A DNA stretch of 64,000 nucleotides from an uncultured Opitutales bacterium (GTDB lineage: Bacteria; Verrucomicrobiota; Verrucomicrobiia; Opitutales; JABDGR01): NCBI GenBank assembly GCA_964562015.1, contig CAZLRH010000008.1, positions 26,500 to 90,499 on the forward strand, read 5' to 3'. Positions 17,135-27,013 of this stretch are shown one piece after another (positions within the stretch are counted from its first letter, which is position 1; every line of letters starts with the position of its first letter). The notes below the pieces were generated by a model. The model was not told the origin of the DNA and did not search any database. It was given only the letters and a program-made list of their open reading frames with translations. The position numbers and the translations under genes are program-made.

Positions 17135-19578
17135 GGCAGTCCTTTCCAGCGCCGCCAACCCCACTCGGTGAGGAAGCAGGCCAGCACCGCCAGAAACACC
17201 GGGCCTTGGTTCCAAATTGGCTCGGACACGGTTTCCATATGCTCGGCCTTCCGGTTCGGCAGGTCCTTCACAAATTGGGCCAGATGCGCGCGATCCACGA
17301 CCTGGCCGCCCGTCTGGCGCGCCAGTTCCTCGAGCAAGGTGCGATTGGGTGCGAGATGGCTGAATTCCTCGGCGGAGGGTTCGTTGATCCAGCCGGTCTG
17401 CGCCTTGCCGAGGGGATTGCCGGCCTTGTCGAGGAGTTCCACCTCCGCGAGGTAGGCGCCGGGATCGCGCGGCGCGAAAGTCGCGGCGTACTGACCGGGG
17501 GAATCGGGCAGCGGCTCGGCGGTGAGCGTCACCTGGGAAAAACCGCCCGGCACGACCACCGCAGGCTGGTCCGAACGTTTGATGGTGATCTTCGCGCTGG
17601 CGAGGTCGAAAGGATGAAATTCCTTGTCGCGCGCCGTCACGCGCAGCGTCACGCCGCCGGTTTCCGTGAGCGAGGGCTCAACGTGCAATTCGACGCGCGC
17701 GGGCACATCGGTGACGAGCCAGCGGGCGAATTGCCGCCAAAAATGCGCGAGGTCCACCATGCCCTTGTCGCTGCTCAGGTTGCCGGTGCGCCACATGTCG
17801 CCGACCGCAAACGCGGCCACGCGACCCGCACCGTATTTTTGCGCGATGAGCGCGGGGTAATTGTGGTTCGCCCCATCCTGCGCGACGGCGAGGATGGTGG
17901 CGCCGGGCTTGATGGCGGAAAAAGGATTGAGCACCGCTAGCTTGGGCATGCCGTTGAGGCGCTCGACTTCAGCCTCTTGCACGGGGCGCACGCGCACCCA
18001 CGGCTCCAGCCAGCCTTCGCGCGTGAGCTTCCACGTCACGTTGCCCTGAGGCGGCGGGGCCTTGCGGTCGAGGTAAACCGGCAGCACGGACGCGATGGGC
18101 GACTCGGCATAACCGCCACTGTCAAATGATTCAAAGCCGCCGAGCATGGCCAGGCCGCCGCCGCGCTCATCGACAAACCGGCGGAGCAACTGCAACTGCT
18201 CCTGGTCGAAAAACGCGGCCTCGACTTTTTCCAAAATCACGGCGTCATAGGAAAAAAGCTCCTCGGCGGTGCGCGGGAAACCGGCGCGCAGCTCCGTTTC
18301 GTCCTTCGTGTTGACGCGTTCGAGCACGGGCTGGTCGTAGCGCACGGTGTCGTCCGGCGCCGCGCCGAAACCGCGGAAAAGCGGGTTGCTGTTCTCGCCG
18401 GCCCGGCCGATGAAGGTCATTTTCGGCTCGCGATTGGCGATGCGGATGAGCGCGGGCAGCTCCAACTGCGGATCGTCGGCCAGCGCGCGATTGAGGAATT
18501 TGAAATCCCAATCCGGCCGCCCGGCGACGTACAAGATGCGGTAAGCGGGCCGGCCGCGGTCGACCATCACAATGCGGTGGTTGTTGAGCAGCGTGGCTTC
18601 GTCGAACGCCGTCAGCCCGCGGCTGTCCACCCCGACATCGTAGAACTGGATGCCCGAGCCCACGGGATGCCAGTCGAATTTGACCTGGACGGGCTCGCCG
18701 TCGCCGGTGAGCCGCACCGTCTGGTTGTCCGGCAGCACGACGGAAGCCGTGGTATTGGCCGCCGTTACATTGGCCCCGACCGCCGGCAGGGGTCGAATGC
18801 TGACTGACACGTCCCGCCCCTTGGCGTCCTGTCCGGCGATTTCCGCCACGACGGAAACCGGGGCGTCGTCAAAATCGCTCTGGTGCACGTCGGCACGATC
18901 GACGCGCACGTCGCGCAGTTCCTCACCGCCGCCCATGAGCACGGGATAAATAGGTGGGAGTCCGGCCGTGTCCTTCAGGCCGTCGGCCAAGTCGGTGGCG
19001 TCGCCATCGGTGAACAACAGGACGCCTGCGAGCGGTTGCTTGGCGAAACGTTCGCGCACCTGGCGCAAGGCCGCGCCGAGGGCCGTGCGCTCGCCCTTGA
19101 AATCGAGTTCGGTGTAATCGCGCACGCGCCGCAAATCGCGGTCGAAAATATAGGGGCGGATTTGAAATTCCTCGCCCAAAATGCCCAACCACGCGGACTT
19201 ATCCCCGGCCAGCGCGTCCTTTTCCTGCTGGCCGCGGGGACCGTCGGGCCCGCGGTCGGCAATCTGCAGGCTCTGGCTGTTGTCGGCGAGAATCGCGAAC
19301 AAATTGGCGCCCTTGACCGCCCGCGACGAAACCAACTGCGGGTTGAGCAGGCAAAGCAGCAAGAGTCCGATGCCCAGGGTGCGCAACGCGAGCGCGACGG
19401 CGATGGTGCGGGCGTTCGGGCCCGCCGGCCTCAGCGCCAGCCAGGCCAGCGGCACCAGGACCACGGCGGCGGCCAGCGCCACCCACGGCCAGACGCCGCT
19501 TTCAATGGAGATGGAATCAAAGCTCACGCGGCAAATCCAATCAGTGGGGGCAAGGGGATGGGAGGCGGGCAGCGGCAA
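17131..19578 (-). CDS. Membrane protein with VWA-like N-terminal region and GATase1-like (DUF1355-type) domain
   Basis: N-terminal TM helices. LLFTDGDATD VWA-like segment. LLRRFVDERGGGLAMLGGFESFDSGGYAESPIASVLPV is typical of the putative glutamine-amidotransferase-like domain found in Bat-type clusters. The TTG start abuts the upstream stop. An alternative GTG start lies at 19527. Confidence 0.6.
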   Translation of the reverse strand: MPLPASHPLAPTDWICRVSFDSISIESGVWPWVALAAAVVLVPLAWLALRPAGPNARTIAVALALRTLGIGLLLLCLLNPQLVSSRAVKGANLFAILADNSQSLQIADRGPDGPRGQQEKDALAGDKSAWLGILGEEFQIRPYIFDRDLRRVRDYTELDFKGERTALGAALRQVRERFAKQPLAGVLLFTDGDATDLADGLKDTAGLPPIYPVLMGGGEELRDVRVDRADVHQSDFDDAPVSVVAEIAGQDAKGRDVSVSIRPLPAVGANVTAANTTASVVLPDNQTVRLTGDGEPVQVKFDWHPVGSGIQFYDVGVDSRGLTAFDEATLLNNHRIVMVDRGRPAYRILYVAGRPDWDFKFLNRALADDPQLELPALIRIANREPKMTFIGRAGENSNPLFRGFGAAPDDTVRYDQPVLERVNTKDETELRAGFPRTAEELFSYDAVILEKVEAAFFDQEQLQLLRRFVDERGGGLAMLGGFESFDSGGYAESPIASVLPVYLDRKAPPPQGNVTWKLTREGWLEPWVRVRPVQEAEVERLNGMPKLAVLNPFSAIKPGATILAVAQDGANHNYPALIAQKYGAGRVAAFAVGDMWRTGNLSSDKGMVDLAHFWRQFARWLVTDVPARVELHVEPSLTETGGVTLRVTARDKEFHPFDLASAKITIKRSDQPAVVVPGGFSQVTLTAEPLPDSPGQYAATFAPRDPGAYLAEVELLDKAGNPLGKAQTGWINEPSAEEFSHLAPNRTLLEELARQTGGQVVDRAHLAQFVKDLPNRKAEHMETVSEPIWNQGPVFLAVLACFLTEWGWRRWKGLP

Positions 19579-22500
19579 TCAGTTGCCGAGCGCCTTGTAA
19601 TACTGTTTCACGGCTTCCGAATATTTATCGGGCACGGGATCGCGGTCCACGGGCTGCAGCGCTTCGGGCTGTTCGCGCAAGGAAATTTCCTGGCGCAACT
19701 GGTTGCGCACGGCGTCGAGCGGCGCCATGACGCTGTTCTGCACGTCGCCCCACTGCGGGAGCTGGCTGTGCCGCTGGAAATTGCGGCGCATGTCCTCCGC
19801 GGCGATGCGCGCGGTGGCGACCTGCTGGCGCAAATCCGGCTGGTCGATCAAATTTTCGACCGTGCGCAGGCGGTCGGCCCAGTCGACATAATTGCCGCCC
19901 GTGAGCGGTCCGCCATTCGCGGTCTGGTTGCCGCCATTGTTAAATTGGTTGGCCAAATTGTTGATGCCGGCGACTCCGCCTTCGCCGCCCCCGTATTCAT
20001 TGCCGCCGCCTCCGCCACCACCGCCGCCGCCGTTGCGCGGGCCGTTCTGGCCATTCCCGCCCGCACGCTGTCCGCCACCGGCGCGCTGACCGCCGCCGCG
20101 CTGGCCGTTGCCCTGGCCGTTGCCACCGCCCTGGCCGGCGGGAGCTTCTTGCAAAGCGATGTCGTCAGGATTAATGGGGCCGCCGTCCTGACCTTGCCCA
20201 TTTTGCCCCTGCCCACCTTGGCCGCCCTGCCCTTGTCCCTGGCCTTGGCCTTGCCCGCGACCTTGACCCTGACCCTGTCCACGACCTTGTCCCTGGCCCT
20301 GGCCTTGACCTTGACCTTGTCCGCGTTGACCCTGGCCGCCCTGGCCATTTTGAGCAAGTTCGCCACCGGCGCCTTGGCCTTCACCCTGGCCTTGGCCCTG
20401 TCCCTGACCTTGTCCTTGTCCTTGTCCTTGTCCTTGGCCCTGGCCCTGGCCTTGTTGACCACGACCTTGACCCTGACCCTGACCGCGCTGGCCTTGGCCA
20501 CCCTGGCCGTTCTGCGCAAGTTCATTACCGGCACCTTGACCTTGGCCCTGGCCCTGACCTTGGCCTTGACCCTGCTGGCCTTGTTGTCCCTGCCCTTGAC
20601 CCTGACCCGGTTGTTGGCCCTGGCCTTGGCCGGGACCTTCGCGAGCGACATCGGAATTAGCATCTTGCTGGCCATTGGCGCCGGGCTGACCGCCTTGGCC
20701 ACGCTGACCTTGGCCACCTTGCGCACCAGGTTCATTGCCTGCGCGCTGGCCTTGGCCAGCTTGACCATTGGCCGCCTGCTGGCCGCCGTTGCCCTGGCCA
20801 TTGGGGCCCTGCCGGGCGACATCTGAATTCGCATCCGGCTGGCCGTTCGCGCCGTTCTGCCCATTCGCTCCGCGCGGTTGATTGCCAGGCTGGGTGCCGT
20901 TCTGCGCGTCCCCGCCGTTGGGGTTCGCGCCGATTTGCGCGGCCGCATCGGGCGCCGCGGCGCGCTCCTGTTCGAGCTGTTGCGCGAGGTCGCTGAGTTC
21001 GTTTTGGGCAAAGCGCATGGTGGCGGTCTCGTCGCCGAGGACGGAATCCGCCGCGCGATCGAGCGCCTGGCGCAGTTGCGTGAAATTTTGGGCGACGCCG
21101 TTTTGCGCATCGCGTGATTGCTGGACGAAGCCGCGGCGCAAAAGGTCGGAGGCGGTCTGCAATTGCTGGTCGGGATTGGCGGTGCTCTGGCTGCGCTGGC
21201 GCAGGAGGTCGTAAAGCTGGGTGTGGAGGTTGGGCTCGCTGGTCTCGCTGGCGTCAGTGACCTGGCGGACCTCATTCATCAAATTGTTGAAATTCGTGCG
21301 CTGCTGGTCGAGCGTCTGGACGAGTTGCTGGCGCGCGGGCGAATCGTCGAGCGTGCGCTGGTTGCCGGAATCCATCTGGTTGAGCGCGGTCTGGGCCTGC
21401 TGCTGGGTGTCGTCCAACTCGCGGGCCTGGCGGCGGATTTCGCGCATCTGGTCGGCGAACTCACTCGAGTTTTGCGCCTGCAACTGGTCGCGGGTCTGGT
21501 TCAGTTGGTCCTGCGCGCGGGAACCGGAGGCGAGCGCCTGCGAAACCTGGCCCTGCTGGGTCTGGTCGGCCTCGCGCTGCATGTCCTGGCGGGCTTGGTC
21601 GAGCTGGTCGCGGGCCTGCTGGGTTTGGTCACCGGCGGGAAGATTGTCGAGGTTCTGGCGCAATTCATCGAGGTCGTTGAGCATCTGGCGCTGGTCTTCC
21701 TCCAGGCGGGACAACTGGCGCTGCAATTCCTGGCGCGTTTGGTCGTCGCGCGCGGCGGCGAGGGCGGTCTGCAAATCCCGCATGCGCTGGTTGGCGTCTT
21801 GCTGGCGGCGGGCGAGGTCACTGAGGCGGCTTTGCGCCTGCAACTGCTGGCGCTGCTGGTCCTGCTGGTTTTGCGCCTGCGTTTCCTGCTGGTAACGATT
21901 CTGCTGCTGGTTGAAGCGAAGTTGATCCAACTGCTGCTGATTGCGCTGACGCTGCGGCTGGCCCTGGCCCTGGCGCGCCTGCTGCACGCGGTTTTCGCGC
22001 GGCTGCATCCGTAACAACGCCTGATAAGCGCCCTGCGCGCCCGTCCACGCGGCGGCGAGCGGCGCGAGGGATTTTTTATCCCCGGCCTCGGCGAGCCCGT
22101 CGGCCGCCTGCTTCATATACTTGGCGGCTTCCGCGCCGGCGGCGACCAGGCGAGGATCAGTCAAATCCGCCTGGGCTTCCTCCAACATGCCCTGGGCTTG
22201 CAACTGGCTGTCGTGCAGGGCGCTGACATCGATGTCAAAATTCGGACCCATCGTGCCGGTCTGGCGCAAATGGAAAATGGCGATGGAAATCTGGCGCTGC
22301 ATCTCAAGTAGTGAATCCTGCTGCTGGCCCTGCTGGCCGCCCGCGGCGGCCGCACCACCGCCGCCGCCGTCGCCCGCGGACGCCTCGCGGTAAATTTCAT
22401 CAAAGGGCCGCACCTCGGCAAAAAACTCATCCGTCGTCACGCGGCGCACCTGGCCGTCGGGGCCGAGGTCGTCAGCGTAGGCAAAATATGTGACCAACTG

Positions 22501-23919
22501 GTCGGGCTGGAGATTGTGGGACTCGAGCGAGAGCAGGTATTCGAAATTCGCCTGCACCCGGCTGGTGGCGGCGGGGTCGCGCAAAGAAGTGTACGTCGGC
22601 TCTTCCGCACCGATGCTGAAGGCGAAACCATAATCCACCAGGCCGAAATCATCGCGGGCTTCAGCCTGGAAACGCATTTCCTGCAAGGCCGAAACCTCCT
22701 GGTCGCCGCGCGGGAAAGTCAGGCGGATGGTGGGCGGGTCGTTGGGACGGGCAGTGATGCGGATGTCGTAGCGCGTCTGGTTGGCGCGGCCCTTGTCGTC
22801 CTTGAGTTCAAGCTGGTAAGTGTGCGATTGATCGACGGTGAAATTCCAGTTGAAAACGGTGCGGTCGCTGTTGGAGGGCGTGAGCGTGAGGGTGGAGTTG
22901 TCGGTGTCGCGCAGGACGGCGCTGGCGACGGGCTTGTTCATGGTCAGCTCGTACTTCACCTCGGTGCCGACGACGGCGCTGAGGCGACGCGTGTTTTTCA
23001 CCGTCTGGTCCGCCAGGCCGGTGAAGGCGGGATAATGCAAGGAGGCGTCGGAGCGGATGAGCCCGGGCAGCTCGTACACCGTCAGCCGGTAATCCGCGGA
23101 CGGCGTGCCTTCGTAGTCGATATGGTACGTGATATTATTCGATACGTTGGGGAGGGTGTAGGCAAAAATGGGGTCCGACAGGCTGCGGGCCATGGCGGCG
23201 TGGTTAGCCTTGCTGTCGGCGCCGGTCCAAGAGAGCTGCACGTCACGGGGCACGCGCTTTTCAAACCGGGCCGCGATGACAACCGTTGTCCCGCGCAGGA
23301 TGTCCGCGTCGCCGGGTGTGATTTGCACATCCGGCACCTGGGCCACCGGAATCGCCGCCGCGCCCTGTTTCCAATGCACGAGGCTCGGCACAACCTGCAC
23401 AAAGGCCATCATGGCGACGAGGATGGCAAATCCAAAGGCCGCCACCTGTGCGGTGAAAAGCTTCCGGGCCTTGGACTGCGGCGTGCCGGGCCAATCGTTC
23501 CGCCAGCCGTGGTGCAAGGCGGTGCCAATGACCCGCTGCTGGAGAAAATGGTAACCGCCCTTTTGGTCGGGCTTTTGCTCGATGGCGGTGCGCAGCGCCA
23601 GCCGCAGTTCCGGGAATTCCACCTCCACCACCAGCGCGGCCTCGGCCAGGTCGAGCTTATCTTTCCGCGCGACTTGATAACCCCGCACAAAGGTGCCGGC
23701 GAAAACCACCACCAGCGCGGGAAAAACGTAGGGGGTGAAATCTTCCGACACCGAACGCAACGCCAGCAAAATCATGCCCAAGCCCGCCACCATGGACCAG
23801 CGAATGACGGCCCGGCGGTACAACCGCATCGCGCGCTGCTCGACCGCCACCGCGTGCAGTTTTTCATACAGCCGGTTGACGAGCGCAGTCGGGGGAGGCG
23901 GAGGCAGCGTGGCGGGCAT
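19579..23919 (-). CDS. 1446-aa membrane-anchored protein: Ig-like-rich region, Q-rich coiled-coil-like segment, G/Q/N low-complexity and (GQ)n tract (DUF4175-like architecture)
   Basis: Start set at MPATLPPPPP (ATG 23919), 18 nt after the upstream stop codon (23940-23942). TM helices near the N-terminus, then long beta-rich segments. The 21250-22000 stretch is Q/R/D-rich and 19975-20940 is G/Q/N-rich. The C-terminus is ordinary (...PVPDKYSEAVKQYYKALGN). Confidence 0.7.
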   Translation of the reverse strand: MPATLPPPPPTALVNRLYEKLHAVAVEQRAMRLYRRAVIRWSMVAGLGMILLALRSVSEDFTPYVFPALVVVFAGTFVRGYQVARKDKLDLAEAALVVEVEFPELRLALRTAIEQKPDQKGGYHFLQQRVIGTALHHGWRNDWPGTPQSKARKLFTAQVAAFGFAILVAMMAFVQVVPSLVHWKQGAAAIPVAQVPDVQITPGDADILRGTTVVIAARFEKRVPRDVQLSWTGADSKANHAAMARSLSDPIFAYTLPNVSNNITYHIDYEGTPSADYRLTVYELPGLIRSDASLHYPAFTGLADQTVKNTRRLSAVVGTEVKYELTMNKPVASAVLRDTDNSTLTLTPSNSDRTVFNWNFTVDQSHTYQLELKDDKGRANQTRYDIRITARPNDPPTIRLTFPRGDQEVSALQEMRFQAEARDDFGLVDYGFAFSIGAEEPTYTSLRDPAATSRVQANFEYLLSLESHNLQPDQLVTYFAYADDLGPDGQVRRVTTDEFFAEVRPFDEIYREASAGDGGGGGAAAAGGQQGQQQDSLLEMQRQISIAIFHLRQTGTMGPNFDIDVSALHDSQLQAQGMLEEAQADLTDPRLVAAGAEAAKYMKQAADGLAEAGDKKSLAPLAAAWTGAQGAYQALLRMQPRENRVQQARQGQGQPQRQRNQQQLDQLRFNQQQNRYQQETQAQNQQDQQRQQLQAQSRLSDLARRQQDANQRMRDLQTALAAARDDQTRQELQRQLSRLEEDQRQMLNDLDELRQNLDNLPAGDQTQQARDQLDQARQDMQREADQTQQGQVSQALASGSRAQDQLNQTRDQLQAQNSSEFADQMREIRRQARELDDTQQQAQTALNQMDSGNQRTLDDSPARQQLVQTLDQQRTNFNNLMNEVRQVTDASETSEPNLHTQLYDLLRQRSQSTANPDQQLQTASDLLRRGFVQQSRDAQNGVAQNFTQLRQALDRAADSVLGDETATMRFAQNELSDLAQQLEQERAAAPDAAAQIGANPNGGDAQNGTQPGNQPRGANGQNGANGQPDANSDVARQGPNGQGNGGQQAANGQAGQGQRAGNEPGAQGGQGQRGQGGQPGANGQQDANSDVAREGPGQGQGQQPGQGQGQGQQGQQGQGQGQGQGQGQGAGNELAQNGQGGQGQRGQGQGQGRGQQGQGQGQGQGQGQGQGQGQGQGQGEGQGAGGELAQNGQGGQGQRGQGQGQGQGQGQGRGQGQGQGRGQGQGQGQGQGGQGGQGQNGQGQDGGPINPDDIALQEAPAGQGGGNGQGNGQRGGGQRAGGGQRAGGNGQNGPRNGGGGGGGGGGNEYGGGEGGVAGINNLANQFNNGGNQTANGGPLTGGNYVDWADRLRTVENLIDQPDLRQQVATARIAAEDMRRNFQRHSQLPQWGDVQNSVMAPLDAVRNQLRQEISLREQPEALQPVDRDPVPDKYSEAVKQYYKALGN
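20215..20640 (-). repeat. Imperfect hexanucleotide microsatellite encoding (Gly-Gln)n, nested in about 165-bp higher-order repeats
   Basis: The plus strand reads ccttg(a/g)cc / ccctg(a/g)cc arrays. The units ...ctggccattttgagcaagttcgccaccggcgcc (about 20341) and ...ctggccgttctgcgcaagttcattaccggcacc (about 20504) mark two long repeats. Confidence 0.9.
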
Positions 23920-23939
23920 GGCGGAGGTGGGTTTAAAAG

Positions 23940-26042
23940 TTAGGCCGCCGGGCCGGAAAGCGGCTGCGCTTCGCGGCGGGCCAGGACCAGGGAATAGAGG
24001 CTTTCCAAGGCTAGAATGGCTGCAACTGTAACCAACAGCCAGCGCCAAAGTTTCTGCCGGTTTTCGAGCGCGGGCGCGAGTTCATTTTGCGCCACGGCGG
24101 GGGCCGCCGACGCGGCGGGCGCGGCGCCGGTGGCGCCGGGATGCAGGGGCACGCCCATCTTTTCAAAACTGTCGAGGGAAATGAGGTTGATGCGGCTTTC
24201 CGCGGAGGGCACTTGCAGCGCGACTTCGCGGGTGCTGTCGCCTTCCTGAATTTGATAAAGACCGGGCTGCGTGGGCGGCTGGCCTTGCCAGGCGGCGCCG
24301 GCATCGAGCGCAGTCCGCCATTGGGCCCCGGCGCTGTCCACCAGATGCGCGGCCTCGCTCACTTCCGCGACGGTGGGCCGGGCCGCGCCGCCGACCGCGC
24401 GCTCGAAGAACGATTGCAGCCACGGCACAAACTTGGTGGACAAAACCCACTGGCCCGCGACGGGCGCCCAGTCGCCGCCCCACACCACTTCGCGTCCCTG
24501 GCCCACCGTGGCCTCGAGGATGGCGGGCGAGGCGTCGTCAAACCGCGCGACGACCGCGACCTTCGAGCCCGCGGGCAGGGAAACGGATTGCGGCTGCCAG
24601 AAACGGATATGAGAAAAATCGCTGTAGCGCGGATCCGCAAAAAGGGAAAACAGCGGGTGTTGAAAATCCACCTGGCCGATGAGGGCGTCGCTGCGCGCAG
24701 TGGAGAGCGATTTCCAACCGGTTTCCCCGGCCAGCGCCGCCGCCGTGTCCACCATCGCGGGCTCATTTAAGAGCACGATGGCGAAGGCCCCGGCCTCAAG
24801 GCGGGCGCGGACGGAAGCAGCCACCTCAGCCGACAGTGGCGCAGCGACGATGATGACCTCCTTGGGCGCGCCGGGCTGGGGCGGAGCCGCTGGCGCAGTG
24901 GGTTTGGTCATATCGCCCAAGGTCAGTTTGACGACTGGATCTTTCCAGCCGGCGGTGGCGCGTTCGAGGTAATAGCGCGCGTGCTTGAGGTCGTTCGCGT
25001 CGTGCGCGCCATAGTAAGTCAGGTTAACGTCGCGCGGGGGCATGCGCACGAGCCAGACCGTGTTGTCGTAGGGTTCGTTATCACCCTTTAATTCCAAACG
25101 CCATGGGCCGCTGGTGTTGGCCGGCACCGGGACGAGGGCGACTTCGGCGTCATCGGCCGGTACCTTGAGGTCTTCCGGGGCACCGAGGGCCCGATTCGTT
25201 TTCGCGTCGTAAAGCTGAAGCTGGAGCGACGACGACGCGTTGTCGTGGTTCTGGAAAACCCGCACGCGCACCGCCGGGCCGGAGCCGGTGTCGGCGGCCC
25301 AGCCGAGCCATTGCAGTCCGGCGTTGCCTTTTTGGTCGGGGTTGACCTGTTCCAAATCCACTTCCGCGCGCGGCGGCCAGGACAAGCCGGCGAGCCCCGC
25401 CACATGCGAGCCTTCGGCAAAATCAGACACCACCACGAGTTTGCGCTGCGCGGAGGTGTCGGCGGCCTCGGTCATCTGCTCCCACTGATTGATGGCGTTT
25501 TCAAAGGCGGTATCGAGGCGGGTGACGCCCCACCCCGCGGTCAACGGCTGGAGGACGGCGCGGACCAACGCCGGGCGCTCGGCGGCGGCGGTCTTCTTCC
25601 ACTGCTCGCGGCTGATGAGTTCGGTCACGCTATCGCCGACGGACAAAAGGACGAACTGGTCCTGCACCTTGAGGCCGCCGGCGAGGTCGGAAATCTTTTT
25701 CTTCGCGGCGTCCCACAATCCGGCGCGCTGCATCGAGGCGCTGACATCCAGCACGGCGACGATGTTTTGCGGTGTGCCGGCATTCTCCAGCGTGGGCACG
25801 TGAAAGCGCAGGTAAGGCCGGGCAAACCCAGCCGCCAGCGCCGCGACGATCAGGCAGCGCAGCAAAAGCAGCCACGGATGCTGAATGCGGTTGCGGCGCG
25901 TGAGCACCGGCGGGGATTCCTCGAGAAACCGCAGGGTGCTGAACGGCACGCGCTGGCGCGTCGCCCGGCGGATCAGGTGGGCGATAATGGGGCCGGCCAC
26001 CAGGGCGATGCCGGCCAGAAACCAGGGAGTGAGAAAACTCAT
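23940..26042 (-). CDS. BatA_N (N-terminal double-TM aerotolerance-regulator domain) + VWA-like protein
   Basis: MSFLTPWFLAGIALVAGPIIAHLIRR...RFLE...RIQHPWLLLLRCLIVAALA is the classic BatA N-terminal double-TM motif. IVAVLDVSASM is VWA MIDAS-like. The start overlaps the DUF58 stop (ATGA 26039-26042). Confidence 0.75.
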   Translation of the reverse strand: MSFLTPWFLAGIALVAGPIIAHLIRRATRQRVPFSTLRFLEESPPVLTRRNRIQHPWLLLLRCLIVAALAAGFARPYLRFHVPTLENAGTPQNIVAVLDVSASMQRAGLWDAAKKKISDLAGGLKVQDQFVLLSVGDSVTELISREQWKKTAAAERPALVRAVLQPLTAGWGVTRLDTAFENAINQWEQMTEAADTSAQRKLVVVSDFAEGSHVAGLAGLSWPPRAEVDLEQVNPDQKGNAGLQWLGWAADTGSGPAVRVRVFQNHDNASSSLQLQLYDAKTNRALGAPEDLKVPADDAEVALVPVPANTSGPWRLELKGDNEPYDNTVWLVRMPPRDVNLTYYGAHDANDLKHARYYLERATAGWKDPVVKLTLGDMTKPTAPAAPPQPGAPKEVIIVAAPLSAEVAASVRARLEAGAFAIVLLNEPAMVDTAAALAGETGWKSLSTARSDALIGQVDFQHPLFSLFADPRYSDFSHIRFWQPQSVSLPAGSKVAVVARFDDASPAILEATVGQGREVVWGGDWAPVAGQWVLSTKFVPWLQSFFERAVGGAARPTVAEVSEAAHLVDSAGAQWRTALDAGAAWQGQPPTQPGLYQIQEGDSTREVALQVPSAESRINLISLDSFEKMGVPLHPGATGAAPAASAAPAVAQNELAPALENRQKLWRWLLVTVAAILALESLYSLVLARREAQPLSGPAA

Positions 26043-26983
26043 CGTTGGGTGCGACGGCGAATGACGCGGCGCGAGGCGTGCGGCTGGATGAGTTCGAGCA
26101 GCACGCGGTCGAGCGGACTGTCCGTGGACGCCTGCTGGTAAGTGACGCCGCGGCGCTCGAGGGCGGCGCGGACTTCGGTGTTGTGGGCGTCGAGCCGGGC
26201 GCGGTAGGCGGTGCGGGCGCGCACGGGATCCACATACAAACTGCGGCCGGATTCCATGTCCTCCCACAACGCGGCGGAGCCGAAATCCAGGGTCAGCTCG
26301 GCGGGGTCGAGCACTTGCAGGGCGCGCACATCGTGACCGGCGGCGGCCAGGTGGCCGAGCTGGTCGCTCCACTCCGCGACAGGCGAGAGAAAATCGGACA
26401 GCAGAAAAACCAGGCTGCGCCGGCGGCACAACATGGCCGCCTGCTCGAGGGCGTGGCCCAGCTTGGTGTCATTGCCGGCCGGTTCGCGCTCGAGCATCGC
26501 CAGAATGCGGCGGAAATGGCCGGGCCGCCAGCGCGGCGGCAGGTATTCGCGCATTTCGCCGTCGAAAAGCCCGAGCCCCACGATATCCCGCTGCTGGTTG
26601 AGGAAAAACGCGAACGTGGCGGCGAGCGTGCGGGCGTAATCGGCCTTCGTCCAGCCCAGCGAACCGAAGAGCATCGAGCGGCTCACGTCCACCAGAAACA
26701 GACAGCAAAGATTGGTCTCCTCCTCGAATTTTTTCACGAACACGCGGTCCGTGCGGGCCAGCACGCGCCAGTCGAGATACCGCAAATCATCGCCGGGGCT
26801 GTACTGGCGGTACTCGGTGAATTCGACAGAGAAACCGGAATATGGGCTGCGGTGCAGGCCCGACCACATGCCCTCGACCAGCACGCGTGCGCGCAATTCG
26901 AGATCCCGAATCGCAAAGAGCGCCTTCGGGTCCACGCCCTTGGCAAGCGGGGCGGGTGCGGGGATGGGCTCTATAGATGTCAT
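26039..26983 (-). CDS. DUF58 domain protein (VWA-like, MoxR partner)
   Basis: GFSVEFTEYRQYSPGDDLRYLDWRVLARTDRVFVKKFEEETNL is the DUF58 signature. Confidence 0.9.
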   Translation of the reverse strand: MTSIEPIPAPAPLAKGVDPKALFAIRDLELRARVLVEGMWSGLHRSPYSGFSVEFTEYRQYSPGDDLRYLDWRVLARTDRVFVKKFEEETNLCCLFLVDVSRSMLFGSLGWTKADYARTLAATFAFFLNQQRDIVGLGLFDGEMREYLPPRWRPGHFRRILAMLEREPAGNDTKLGHALEQAAMLCRRRSLVFLLSDFLSPVAEWSDQLGHLAAAGHDVRALQVLDPAELTLDFGSAALWEDMESGRSLYVDPVRARTAYRARLDAHNTEVRAALERRGVTYQQASTDSPLDRVLLELIQPHASRRVIRRRTQR

Positions 26984-27013
26984 GGAAAAATTAAATAATT
27001 CATTGGTCGATAC

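Noticed and set aside
18883-20826. 647-aa plus-strand ORF with striking LTLTLSLALALTL low-complexity sequence
   Set aside because: It is the antisense shadow of the (GQ)n/G-rich coding repeat and of the 17131-19578 gene. The minus-strand frames have recognisable domain motifs and operon-style junctions. Long antisense ORFs are expected at this GC content.
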